NCBI RefSeq assembly: GCF_006345805.1
Contig: NW_021834883.1
Location: 1 to 44,569, forward strand
Origin: Octopus sinensis
Lineage: Eukaryota
DNA length: 44,569 bases
Direction of reading: 5' to 3'
Positions 32,313 through 43,374 of the stretch are shown piece by piece. The notes under the pieces were generated by a model. That model was not told the origin of the DNA, searched no databases, and saw only the letters and a program-made list of their open reading frames with translations. The translations under genes and the position numbers were made by a program. Position 1 is the stretch's first letter. Each line of letters starts with the position of its first letter.

Positions 32313-32598
32313 AAGATTTAAACCAGAAGACACTAACCATTGATGGGTAAGGGCTTTGTCAACAATGGCACTATTATCTCTCTTTGGGTATTTGACATTG
32401 AGAGGTTTCTCTTGCCATTTAATCAGTAAGAATACCTAAGGCAGCAGTTTTAGCACGGGTTTTCATGCGCTTAGCTTTTTCTGTGCTTGTTTCTAGTATG
32501 TCTAATTCCGGAATTTGTTGTATTTGGAACTCACTTAGATATTCCTCTGCCTGTTTTCTTACTGAGTATGATGCTTTCTTGTCTACATATTTTGAGAC
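32313..32598 (-). mobile_element. R4/Dong-like non-LTR retrotransposon fragment (post-RT region)
   Basis: VSKYVDKKASYSVRKQAEEYL...AKRMKTRAK, frameshift, KWQEKPLNVKYPKR..VDKALTHQWLVSSGL; matches the W..KPLHG.Y...VDK..T..WL..G.L motif. Confidence 0.65.
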
Positions 32599-33094
32599 AA
32601 TTGTTGTTGTTGTTGTTATTTTAGGAATCTTGGATTATTTTGTTTTCCCACTACACTGCTAACTGCACTATTTTCTGCACATTGTATGCACTTTTTTTTC
32701 ATATTGAATTGAAAATTCTCTACTTAATGTGTAACCATTTTGGGAAAATCTTTGAATAATCATTATCATTTATGTAGAGATTTTTCTCTGTTTTTCATTT
32801 CCCTGTTCTATTTATATCTATTTCAATATCTTTATAGTTGCAAAGTTTCTTCAGTTAGGAAATGCATTTACATTTACAGCTGCATGTCAGTCAGCAGCAT
32901 CATGACTGTGAGTTGGCAGAATAGTTATCGTACTGTGCAGATTGTTTAGTGGCATTTTTTCCAGCTTTTAACATTCCAAGTTCAAATACTGTCAAGGTCA
33001 ACTTTGTGTTTCATCCTTTCATACCTGTTAAGCACCTGGGCCAATGTAATTAATTAAATCCTTTCCCCTAAAATTACCAGAATTTTAATCTACT

Positions 33095-33213
33095 GCTACT
33101 GTTGTTTATTATTGTTGTTGTTGTTGTTGTTGTTGTTGTTCTTCTTCTTCTTCTTCTTCTTCTTCTTCTTCTTCTTCTTCTTCTTCTTCTTCTTCTTCTT
33201 CTTCTTGTTATTG

Positions 33214-33257
<44 letters not shown>

Positions 33258-33290
33258 GGTGGTGGTAGTAGTAGTAATAGTAGCAGCTTG
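33095..33290. repeat. Compound trinucleotide microsatellite (TTG)n(TTC)n(TTA)n(GGT/AGT)n
   Basis: Directly visible. Confidence 0.95.
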
Positions 33291-33771
33291 TTTTAAAAGT
33301 TGTTGCTGTTGTTTACAATATGTAAATATCTTCAACACTTTAGAATTTAAAGTGGCTGTATCAGGCCCAAATATTCTATCTATTGTATGTTCAAACTGAC
33401 CAGATCTGGCTTCTCACACCAGCCCTACAATGTCATTTTAAAATAAACAATCACATCATTGAAATCTAAAAGCTACAAATAAATAGGCATTACATATGAC
33501 AGATTAATCTGAATGCTAAATGGTTCGTATGGCTCCAGAGAAGGTTTGGATTCTTGATGGAAAAAGGTGTTAGGGATTATTTTATCAAAAGAAAGCAGGA
33601 CATTAAGCACCCATCCTAACATATAAAATAAATTTTGGCATTGGCTATTTTACAGTTTATATTTTTGTAAGTATTTGTCTATTTGTTGCAATGGAGTTGT
33701 AGTAAAGGATTATAGCTACAAATACAAGGAGTTTGAAAGAATTTTTAAAAACAATTTTGCAAACAAAATAG

Positions 33772-34110
33772 GCACAGGCAGGGCTGTGTGATGAAGTCGT
33801 TTGCTTTACAACCATGTGGTTTTGAGTTTAACCCCACTGTGATACCTTGAGTATTTTCTTGTATGCCCCCAGGCCAACCAATGTCTTGTGAGTGAATTTG
33901 GTTGATGGAAACTATGTGGAAGCTCATTGTTTGTTTGTGTGTGTGTGTGTATTCCTTACCAATGCTTGACAACCAGTGTTGGTTTGTTTACATCCATGTA
34001 ACTTTGTGATTCAACAATAGAAACCAATAAGTACAAAACTTAAAATGTATGTACTGGTGAGTGATTTTTCAACTAAAACAGTTGAAGCATGGCCACAGTC
34101 CAACCACTGA
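33772..34110 (+). mobile_element. tRNA-headed SINE, family B, degenerate
   Basis: GGCACAGGCAGGGCTGTGTGATGAAG..CCATGTGGTTTTGAGTTTAACCCCACTG head; body homologous to 27083-27445. Confidence 0.7.
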
Positions 34111-34276
34111 ATTAAGTAAGGTTAAAAAGATAATAGGAAAGATAAAATCTCAAATTAAAAAAAAAAAAAGACATTTGAGAAAAATCTGACAAATAGTTAT
34201 GATAACAGATATTCATTTTGAAAAATATGTTGGAAAATATGACGATGATGAAAAAAGTAGCAGTAGTGAGAGCAGT

Positions 34277-34470
34277 GTTAAGGCAGTGAACTGGCAGGAG
34301 TGTTTGCATACTGGGCAGAATACTTACCAGTACTTCATCTGTCTTTATGTTCTGAGTTCAAAATCTGCTGAGGTTGGTTTTGCCTTTCATTCTTTTGGGG
34401 GTCAATGTAATCAACTTAATCTCTTCCCCCAAATTGCTGGCCTTGTGCCAAAATTTGAAACCCATGTCTA
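34277..34470 (+). mobile_element. tRNA-headed SINE, family A, degenerate
   Basis: AAGGCAGTGAACTGGCAG..GTTCTGAGTTCAAAATCTGCTGAGG..TTTGCCTTTCATTC. Confidence 0.7.
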
Positions 34471-34774
34471 GCGCAATAGTTACTTTATTGGTTTTGTAAA
34501 CATATGATGGTGATGAAGTACTTGCTTAACTCTGTAAGAAAAACAATTAACGTGTGACATTTCCCTTTTGTTCAAGGAATTCATCAATCTAAGGAAAATG
34601 GTTTAATCTGCGATTTTCTAAGAAAGGGTTTCTTTATACCCACAAAGGAAGAGTTAGAAATAGTCATGGTTGATGTATATTGTATGATGTTTACTCCATT
34701 GTGCAGACTAAGGCACAATGTGCGCCCAGACTAAGGCACATTGCCCAGGCTAAGGCTCTAAGACTACAGATAAA

Positions 34775-35005
34775 GGCGGCGAGCTGGCAGAATCGTTAGC
34801 ACACCGGCCGGAATACCTAGCAGTATTTCGGATGCTGTTACGTTCTGAGTTCAAATTCTGCCGAGGTCGACTTTGCCTTTCATCTTTTCGGGGTCGATAA
34901 ATTAAGTACCAGTTACACACTGGGATCGATATAATCGACTTAATCCATTTGTCTATCCTTGTTTGTCCCCTCTGTGTTTAGCCCCTTGTGGGTAGTAAAA
35001 AAAAC
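34775..35005 (+). mobile_element. tRNA-headed SINE, family A, best-preserved copy, with a Deu/Nin-like core
   Basis: GGCGGCGAGCTGGCAGAATCG (A-box-like), GAGTTCAAATTC (B-box-like), core GACTTTGCCTTTCATCTTTTCGGGGTCGATAAATTAAGTACCAG; many CpGs retained. Confidence 0.85.
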
Positions 35006-35039
35006 AGATAAAGTGAAGCAGGTAGAGGTGGCCTGTCAC

Positions 35040-35520
35040 TACTGTCACAAAATATGTAAAGACAAAACACATAGGTTACAACCAAAGAAATTGTTACAGA
35101 TGTCAGACTCCAGCTTGTTGTTACCTTTGTAGCATAGTACAGAGTTAATATGAAACAATTTCTTGTTGGGTGGGAATATGGGGTCTGCATAGATAAGTAT
35201 ATTCTGGTGATTTCTTGAAGATGAAAAAAGAATTATCCTGGAATTGTTTCCCATCGTAGGGAAGCCGATCATACTTGTGGTGAAAGGCAGAAAGTCCATT
35301 TGTTAGACAAATGGAAATAAATGTCTCTTGAAAACTTTCTGCTGTGAGGAGGAGAGAAGCAAAAGAAGAATGAAAGCAGTGGACAACAGCATCAGGTTAA
35401 AAAAAAAAACGAAATCAGTTTCCAGAGCACCAGCAATCACCTATTTGTGGATTATGGAAGAAATAACTTTGTCCCTAGTTACAGGATCATTCAAGAAGCC
35501 AAAGAGTTTGCTCCCTTGAC
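35040..35520 (-). mobile_element. Possible decayed CR1/L2-group endonuclease/linker fragment
   Basis: Degenerate minus-strand segments (FQETF..CLT, YDRLPYDG, ASWSL) occur in the order seen in CR1/L2-group ORF2. Confidence 0.35.
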
Positions 35521-35984
35521 ACAGGGCTAACCAGAAGATACAACTGGTAGCGCTTTCACCTTGTCTTTTGATGGTAGATGAAAATAAAAGATAGACCAGG
35601 ATGGCAAACTATGAAGGAACAGCAAAAAGAAAAATAGAGAATAATGAACCTAACTGAATGCAAATAAATACGAGAAAGGGTGCCCTCCCTCACAGAGTAG
35701 CTGAAATTCTAGCATAGGACCTCAGTCTCTTAACTTCAATGCTAATCCTACTACATTACAAATTTGGTCATACTTTGAGGAAGAGATAGGGAAAAAAAAA
35801 ATAAGAAGATTCCTTGAAGAGTATATGGTGAGTAACAAACAACCTCTTAGTAGTTTGAAGGGGCCTAAAATCCCAAAGGATGTGGAACCCTGCATGATTC
35901 ACCTACATTTGAAAACAAAGTGCTAGTATTATCTCTGTGGAGTTGTAAAAAAAGAATAAATTCACTCTGTTCATAAAAGAAATA

Positions 35985-36195
35985 ATAATAGTAACCCTTC
36001 CTACCATAGGCACAAGGCCTGAAATTGTGGGGATAGGGGCCAGTCAATGACATCGACCTAAGTGTTTCACTGGTACTTAATTTATCAACCCCGAAAGGAT
36101 AAAAGGCAAAGTCAACCGCAGCAGAATTTTAATATAATAGCAGGTAAAATACCACTAAGCATTTCATCCAGCATTTTAACAATTCTGCCAGCTCA
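35985..36195 (-). mobile_element. SINE family A copy
   Basis: Reverse complement: GGTGGTGAGCTGGCAGAATTGTT...GACTTTGCCTTTTATCCTTTCGGGGTTGATAAATTAAGTACCAG. Confidence 0.8.
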
Positions 36196-36197
36196 CC

Positions 36198-36515
36198 ACC
36201 TTCTTCTTCTTCTTCTTCTTCTCGTTCTTCTCTTCTCCTTCTCTTCTTCTTCTTCTCTTCTTCTCGTTCTTCTCTTCTTCTCCTTCTTCTTCTTCTTCTT
36301 CTTCTTCTTCTTCTTCTTCTTCTTCTTCTCTTCTTCTTCTTCTTCTTCTTCTTCTTCTTCTTCTTTTCTTCTTTTCTTCTTTTTCTTCTTCTTCTCTTTC
36401 TTCTTCTTCTTCTTCTTCTTCTTCTTCTTCTTCTTCTTCTTCATCATCTTAATAATATTAATAATATTAATAATATTAATAATATTAATAATATTAATAA
36501 TTCTTCTTCTTCTTT
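36198..36515. repeat. (TTC)n and (TAATATTAA)n expanded tail of the adjacent minus-strand SINE
   Basis: Directly visible; continuous with the SINE 3' end at about 36515. Confidence 0.9.
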
Positions 36516-36665
36516 CTGCTATAGGTACTAGGCCCGAAATTCTGGGGGGAGAGGGTTAGTCGATTACATTGATCCCAGTACTCAACTAGTATTTATTTTA
36601 GCAACCCCCAAAAAGATGAAAGGCAAAGTTGACCTTGGTGGAATTTGAATATAAAGATGGATGAA
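36515..36665 (-). mobile_element. SINE family A, 3' part
   Basis: TTTCTGCTATAGGTACTAGGCCCGAAATT..GATGAAAGGCAAAGTTGACC. Confidence 0.7.
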
Positions 36666-36739
36666 ATGTCATTGAGTTCACCACATTTATAATGATAATA
36701 ATAATAACAACAACAACCTTCCTACCCACTGATACTATT

Positions 36740-36930
36740 AAGGCGGTGAGCTGGCAGAATTGTTAGCATGCTGGATAAAATGCTTAGCACCATTTTTATT
36801 GTTCAAATTCTGCCAAGGTCGATTTTGCCTTTTGTCCTTCCTAGGTCAATAAAATATATACTAATTGAGTACTGGTGTCAATGTAATAGACCCCCAAAAT
36901 GCAGGTCTTGTGCAAAAATTTGAAACTATT
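36740..36930 (+). mobile_element. SINE family A copy
   Basis: AAGGCGGTGAGCTGGCAGAATTGTTAGC..GTTCAAATTCTGCCAAGGTCGATTTTGCC. Confidence 0.75.
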
Positions 36931-36934
36931 ATCA

Positions 36935-37690
36935 TCATCATCATCATCATATTTAACATTCATTTTTCCTTGCTGGCATGGGTTGGATGGTTTGATTGGA
37001 GTTTGGCATGCTGGAGAGCTGCACCACATTTCAGTTTGATTTAGTATGGTTTCTACAGCTGGATACAGTTCTTAACACCAACCATTTTTCAGCATCATCA
37101 TCATCATCATCACTTAACGTCTGCTTTCCATGCTAGCATGGGTTGGACGATTTGACTTTGGTCTGGCAAACCAGGCTCCGATCTGATCTGGCAGAGTTTC
37201 TACAGCTGGATGCCCTTCCTAGCGCCAACCACTCTGAGAGTGTAGTGGATACTTTTACGTGCCATCTACACGAGGGCCAGTCAGGTGGTACTGGCAACAG
37301 CCACACTCAAATGGTGCTTTTTATCACCTGCATAGGAGCCAGTCCAGCGGCACTGGCAACAACCTCGCTCAAATGTTTTTTCATGTGCCACCAGCACAAG
37401 TGCCAGTAAGGCGACGCAGGTAACGATCACGCTCGAATGGTGCTTTTTACATGCCATTGGCATGGAGGCCAGCTTGATGCTCTGGCAACGATCATGCTTG
37501 TATGGTACTCTTAGCACTCCACTAACACAGATGCCAGTCATCGAATTTGATTTCAATTTCATTTGCCTCAATAGGTCCTCGCAAGCAGAATTTAGTGTCC
37601 AATGAAGGAAAGGTATGCATAAGTGGGCTGGTTACACCCCTGGCATAAACCACAAGGTTATGATCTCACTTCTCATGCACAACATATTTC
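36935..37690 (-). mobile_element. Two adjacent antisense RTE 3' ends (short tail 36935-37085; tail plus five modules 37093-37690)
   Basis: Two (ATC)n-TTAAC..CCATGCTAGCATGGGTTGGA tails, the second followed by five GTGCTTTTTACATGCCA-type cores. Confidence 0.82.
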
Positions 37691-38624
37691 CAAAGGTCCT
37701 AGTCACTAGTCATTGTCTCGGTTCTTATGATAATTATTATTTTTATAGTAGTGACAATTAATTAATTTATTTTTTATTAACTGAATATGAAGTGTTGTTC
37801 TGCTTCTTTTTATTGTTGGTGAATTTTATTTTTGCAGACTTTACTGTCAGAAATTCATCATTAGAGTTTCTAAATCATCAGGCACATATTTTGGCGATTA
37901 GAGTTATATGTCATCAGTCACATACTGTTACGGTTACATTTGGGCTCTTTGGTAGCCTCTCTTTCACACTTGACCCTTATCACACATCCCCCTTATCACT
38001 CATGTATCAGCATAGTGTGTGGATGGAGAGACTGTACCAGGCAGCCACATTATATCCGTGTGTTTGCTATTATCAAAGATATGTTACATTTAAGGAAATG
38101 GGCAGTGAAAACCCATACTATGCCACTGAATTCAACTGGCTATCCTATACCTTTATCTTTTATTTGTTTCTGTCATTAGAGTGTGGCCATGCAGGGGCAC
38201 TACTTAGAAGGGTTTTAGTTGAACAAATAGATTTTGGTACTTATTTCATTAGTCTTTTTCCAAACTGCTAGGTTATGGGTATGTAAACAAACCAACACTG
38301 GTTGTCAGATGAAGGTGTGGGACAAGGATTAACACAAAGGTGCATACACACACACACACACACATATCAGACATGGCTGTGTGGTTGGAAAGCTTGCTTC
38401 TCGAGCACATAGTTTTAGGTTCAGTCCCACTGCATAGCACATTGTGATAGTGTCATTTGCAATAGCTGTGGATCAACCAATGCTTTGAGATTGAATTTGG
38501 TTGGCAGAAGTTCTGTTGTGTCTATACATTTATAAAGAGCACAGTATATATATGTATATATATATATATATATATACACAGATGGGGTAGTTAACTGCCC
38601 CATGACCATCTCAAGAATCACTAG

Positions 38625-38665
38625 ACTAGACTGGTTTTGCCTGTTTCATAGGCATCATCAGTAGT
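38625..38665 (-). ncRNA. Minimal hammerhead-like motif, stem II disrupted
   Basis: Minus strand: ACTA CTGATGA TGCCTAT GAAA CAGG-CAAAA-CCA GTC TAGT. Stem I ACTA/TAGT is perfect; stem III has one mismatch. Confidence 0.4.
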
Positions 38666-39048
38666 GACTACGCATATGTTTGTGTGTATGTACACAAATA
38701 TGTCCTAGGTATGACCTAGGTAGTGGGGCTCTGGTTTGGAAGTTCGAGAGTTTTGAAGATGTTGAAGCATCTCTTAGCCACTATTGTTTGCAGGACTAAT
38801 CATAGTCCCAACTATGGATTAACTAGCATATGTGATGACAATTGATCTCAGTGCAGGGACACAGAAATACTCTTGGTTGGTGTGAGGGTTCACAATAAAC
38901 CACTGATAGTGAGATACTGCTAGCTGTCACAGCATCTTTCTAGAAGAAAGACACTTTGCAAGATGTGTAGTTTCATGTGAATACTTGTTTGATCACCTTG
39001 CTTCAGTGTATCACTAGATACTAATGATGGAGATTCAGGGAGTGGTAC

Positions 39049-39145
39049 CACTAGTGTAGCTAGAGTGTGTGCCGCTCCCAGACCCCACAAAAAACACAAG
39101 TGCCACCCAGGTAGACCACCCCTACTGTGAGCAGCTACGCTAGTG
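39049..39145. mobile_element. 97-bp hAT-type mini-MITE
   Basis: Perfect 8-bp TSD AGTGGTAC (39041-39048 and 39146-39153); TIR CACTAGTGTAGCT / AGCTACGCTAGTG (12 of 13 complementary). Confidence 0.85.
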
Positions 39146-41316
39146 AGTGGTACTTGTGTTCTACAAGCATTTATCACTATAATCCAATGACTTATAGATG
39201 ACTTATTGTGACCTCATTTGGTCATTCCGTCTACTGAATGTCCTATGGAGATGGAAGTGCAGACCTAACCAATTGGAAGTATGTAATAAGTCACTACTTT
39301 TGCCTGTTACCTATGCTTCAAGCCGTGCAGATCAACAACAGGATTGAATATTTACCTGAGAGGGTCATGAACAGAAATTCAGAAATGCCATCGACAATGC
39401 AGGTGTATAATAATAAAATAAATAGGCTCATGTTTTGAGTTCTGTTTTATCATCTGTTTTACCAAACCTATATAAATACATGCACACATACATTCATATA
39501 CACTTACACGCAGACACACACACACACACAAATCCAGGTAAAACATTTACAGGAGTTTTGTTCAGTGGGGTTTTGTCTGGCTCCCATAAATTAATTGTGA
39601 CATTTTTTCTGTGACTTTTTGTCCTAGCTAAAATTGTAGCATTATTACTGTGACCTTTTTTCTATGACTTTATTACTGGTCACCATACACACAGCTTAAT
39701 AATCATTCACATTATTCAAGATTTGAAGTGTTAAAGTAACTTCCCAGCAATTCTAAGTCTTTGGGCTATTCTTTTTTTTGCTTCTATAAAGTTATTCTTG
39801 ATCCTAAGAAACACATAAATGCCACATAATCTTTTTTTTTTTTTTTTTTTGTCACCTTCAATCAGTTTTAAGAGTTATTCTTTCATAAACCAGTGAATTT
39901 CTTAATTATCTTTCATAAACCAGAAAATAAGTCAATGAATTTTAATACTGAAGTCCCATCTGATTATTTTTAATGTATGTTTTTTGTTTCAGAATTTTTA
40001 TAGTTTGTTAAAATATTAAATTGCTTTGTCTTAAATTCTTTAACAATATCTTTAAAAAAATATCTAATCACTTTTCGACATGTTTAAAATAATTTGTAGA
40101 ATTGGGTCAGTGTAACCTAATTTCAACAATATAACCGGAAAATATTTTAGAAGTCATACTTGTTAGAAACTGTGACCTGCAGGTTTAGTTGGACAAGAAT
40201 AGACAGAAAAATTGATATTTGGGTCAAAAAATAATTTCAAAGGTTTGTGCAGCTGAAATGTGAAACACTTATGCATATTTGAAATTGTACATTTGGTCAA
40301 TTGACATGCCTCTGTCAATGCATAACAACAAATTAACTCACTGATATGCTTTACCCTCTTTTGGTTCCTTCTGACGTTACTACAATGGCTTCTATCCATT
40401 TGGACTAGCTGTGTAGCTACCTCTCCAGAGTCCACCTGATGCAGCTGCAGCCATTATTTTCACTATCCATATGCTTTTAGTGTATAGAAATAAAGTCAAT
40501 TAAAATATTGGAGGCAATCACTTTTTATTTAACAGTCATAAATAATAGTTAAAGTGTAATTAAACCTATTTTAATTCACTTATTAACTGATAATATGTGA
40601 CTTCATCTATCTGAATAAAATCCAATTAATTTGATATCCTGAATTTTAAAAAGAAGTTTTATTTAAGTGTGTGCGCCAAGTGTAACTCTTTTTCTTGTGG
40701 CTTTTTTTGTTTCTTGTGAATTTCTCTTTTACAACTTTTCTCCTGTGACTTTTTACATGATGATGACATCAAATCACTCTCTTACCTGCAAAACCCTAAA
40801 CTAAATATATTACACAGACTGCCTTCTTTCTCCTTAGAACTTCTGATTTCTGCAGTCTTCCCTTTCCTCTCCCATGTTTCTTCTGAGGAATTCAGATATG
40901 AAAAATTATTTGTCTCATTGTATTGGAAAAATAAAAATTAGATCAACTCTGAAAAAAACCAACAAGTCAGTCTGATAAGGAGTCTAGTCTGATGTAGCGA
41001 TGTCAGAAAAGACTTTGGGAAGACAAAGCATATAAGAAGGCTAGTGGTTTTTATGTGCTCTGGAGGAAGTTATGTCAATCAGACAAAATACACATTTCAT
41101 TCACCTCACATCACATGATATTTACAGTCATCTCTCAGACCAATAAGGATAATATTTCTACTGCTCAGGCTTAACATCTGCTGGAAATGCAGAAACGCAG
41201 AGGGAAACGGGTCAAGCCAAGCACAGAACACTATTTTAAAGGATTAAGATATCTTATAAGTGTTAACATAGTTCTTCTTTTGGGACTAGAGTTCCAGTAA
41301 CTCATACTACCATTAA

Positions 41317-41536
41317 CCCTTTTGTTACTGTATTTATTTTGAGATGCTCTGTGTTTCTTTCAATTACTTTAAATATAACAAAGAATTTAGTAAAATGACT
41401 TAGTTATCATTCAGCTAGTGTTAGGAACATAAATTGTGACTAAGGTTTGGTGAAAGATTTTAATTCAAAACTTATGAAAACAAGACATTTGTACTCACAG
41501 CCAGAGCCGGTTTCAGCCGGGTTGGTAACGAAAGGG
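41317..41536. mobile_element. piggyBac-like MITE, copy 3 (220 bp)
   Basis: TTAA at 41313-41316 and 41537-41540; TIR CCCTTTTGTTAC...GTAACGAAAGGG. Confidence 0.9.
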
Positions 41537-42704
41537 TTAATGCATGATGAATGAATGAGGGAGCCTTTATACAATCACTAAACCTGTTAGTAATAGCAGC
41601 TAAATCTCCTTCATATCATGGCTTGCCATCTTAAGAAAGAAAAAGCCATGTTAGATTAAGATGAAGGTGTTAAAGCTTATAGTATGGATCCTAGAAAACC
41701 CTAAGTTGTAGGGGGAAAATTATAGAATGGACAATGCTAGAATACCTTTAATCTGCTGGATTAAGGTTGACCTGGTGCTAAACAACAACAACAACAGCAG
41801 CAGCAACAGTAGCAGATATATATCTCAGGTCATTATGTTAGGTTGTTGTATTGTTATAGTTCACATCAGTCTAAGATGTTTTATATTTAACATAAATGAC
41901 ATGTGACATTTATTTTACAATGAAGTATTAAAAATCACTTTATTACAATGTTTAACATGCACACACTCTTTCTCTCTCCCCCTTTCTCTCTCTAATGGCA
42001 TGTCATTAGATAAATTATGTCCAACATCAGAGGAATACATTATATATATATATATATAATATATATATATATATATGTAAATGCTAGAGATTGTTTAAGA
42101 AAGAGAATGAGACAAGACCAACTATAAAATACACCAGAATCAATTAGTAGTGTCTAAAGTAATTAGGAGATTAAATTAATGAAGCCATGGAAAGTTGAAC
42201 TAAAGACACAAAGATAATTATGAGTAATGGTATTTAGTTACTCACTGACTTCTACAATAAAATTATGGTGTGAGGTGTTCTTTTCAATTACGTAGCAGAA
42301 CTGTTATTAACTGTTAAAAAGGACAGACTGATAGCACAGTGGTGGAATGGAGTGGACTAGAAATAATGAACATGTAAAGAGGAGAATTGTTACAAACTTG
42401 AATGGAGGGAGTTATTTCTCTTCCTTTTCTCTTTTACACCTTTGACAAAAGTTGGGAGTTTTTTTTTGTTTTTTTTTTAATTAGGTATTTACATCTTTTT
42501 TAGAGAAATACTTGTATAGCGGAATTTTTTTTTTTTCCGTAATGCATCCCTCCTGACTAGTAATGTAGTTGGTATTGGTTGATGTTCAGTTAGAAGTCCT
42601 CTATACTGATTTCTGCAGGATAAATTTCGGGAGAGCAAGGATTCCAGAAACTTAGCAGTCTCTTCTTCTAGGACCATCTGAAAGAAAATTTAGTATTTAG
42701 GTGT

Positions 42705-42975
42705 AGGCATGGCTCTGTGTCAAGGAGCTTGTTTCCCAACCACTTGATTCTGGATTCAGTCCTGTTGTGTGGCATGATGGGCAAGTGTCTTCAACTATAG
42801 CTTCAGACCAACCAAACTCTGTGAGTGGATTTGGTAGATGGAAACAGAAAGATGCCCATTACGTGTGTGTGTGTGTGTGTGAGTACAGTGGTCAACTCAT
42901 TCAACTAAAGAATTCTTCAAGGCAGTGCCCCAGCAAGGCCACAGTCTAGTGACTGAAACAGATAAAAGATAAAAG
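42705..42975 (+). mobile_element. SINE family B copy
   Basis: GGCATGGCTCTGTGTCAAGGAGC..GGATTCAGTCC..GGGCAAGTGTCTTCAACTATAGC. Confidence 0.7.
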
Positions 42976-43174
42976 AATTATATTGGATAAGAGGGATTAG
43001 GTATAGAGGGTTGACAAGATGGGCAGTACAGGCACATCAGGTATGCTGAAGTTGAACAGTACAGGGAAAGAGCACAGGTACAAAACTGCGTGCCTACAAC
43101 TTCCCTCAATCTGCCCTTAGATTGATGGGTTTGTTATATCACATTATCATTGCATGTGTTAAGCTAGTAGAGAG

Positions 43175-43365
43175 CTGGTAGTATCATTAGCAAGTCAGAC
43201 AAAATGCTTAGCAGCATTTCTTCTGGCTCTTTACCACCTGAGTTCAACTTTGCCTTTCATCCTTTTCAGGTCAATGAAATAAGTTCCAATTGAACACTAA
43301 GGAGTCAATCTTCATCAGCTTATGTCCTTCCTTAAAACTGCTGGCCTTGTGCCAAAATTTGAAAT
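43175..43365 (+). mobile_element. SINE family A copy
   Basis: GAGCTGGTAGTATCATTAGC..CAACTTTGCCTTTCATCCTTTTCAGGTCAATGAAATAAG. Confidence 0.7.
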
Positions 43366-43374
43366 GTTATCATT

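Noticed and set aside
33096-33399. Poly-Asn/Lys/Leu/Phe ORFs (also 36062-36559 and 36193-36447)
   Set aside because: Pure trinucleotide microsatellite translations.
33656-33666. 11-nt candidate micro-exon (TTTTACAG...GTAAGT)
   Set aside because: Weak polypyrimidine tract and no convincing match to EXOC8. It cannot be supported without RNA-seq.
34775-34860. tRNA gene
   Set aside because: A- and B-box-like motifs are present, but there is no complete cloverleaf and the sequence continues into a SINE body found many times in the window.
37792-38271. 159-aa ORF containing an acceptor-like TTTTTGCAG, as a possible next EXOC8 exon
   Set aside because: No frame resembles the expected continuation of the PH domain, the phase-2-compatible frame stops early, and the ORF ends in SINE sequence.
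39530-40760. TGTGACTTTTT-type repeats and a 90-aa minus ORF (40163-40435) as a MULE-like element
   Set aside because: I could not identify matching TIRs, a TSD or catalytic motifs; left unassigned.
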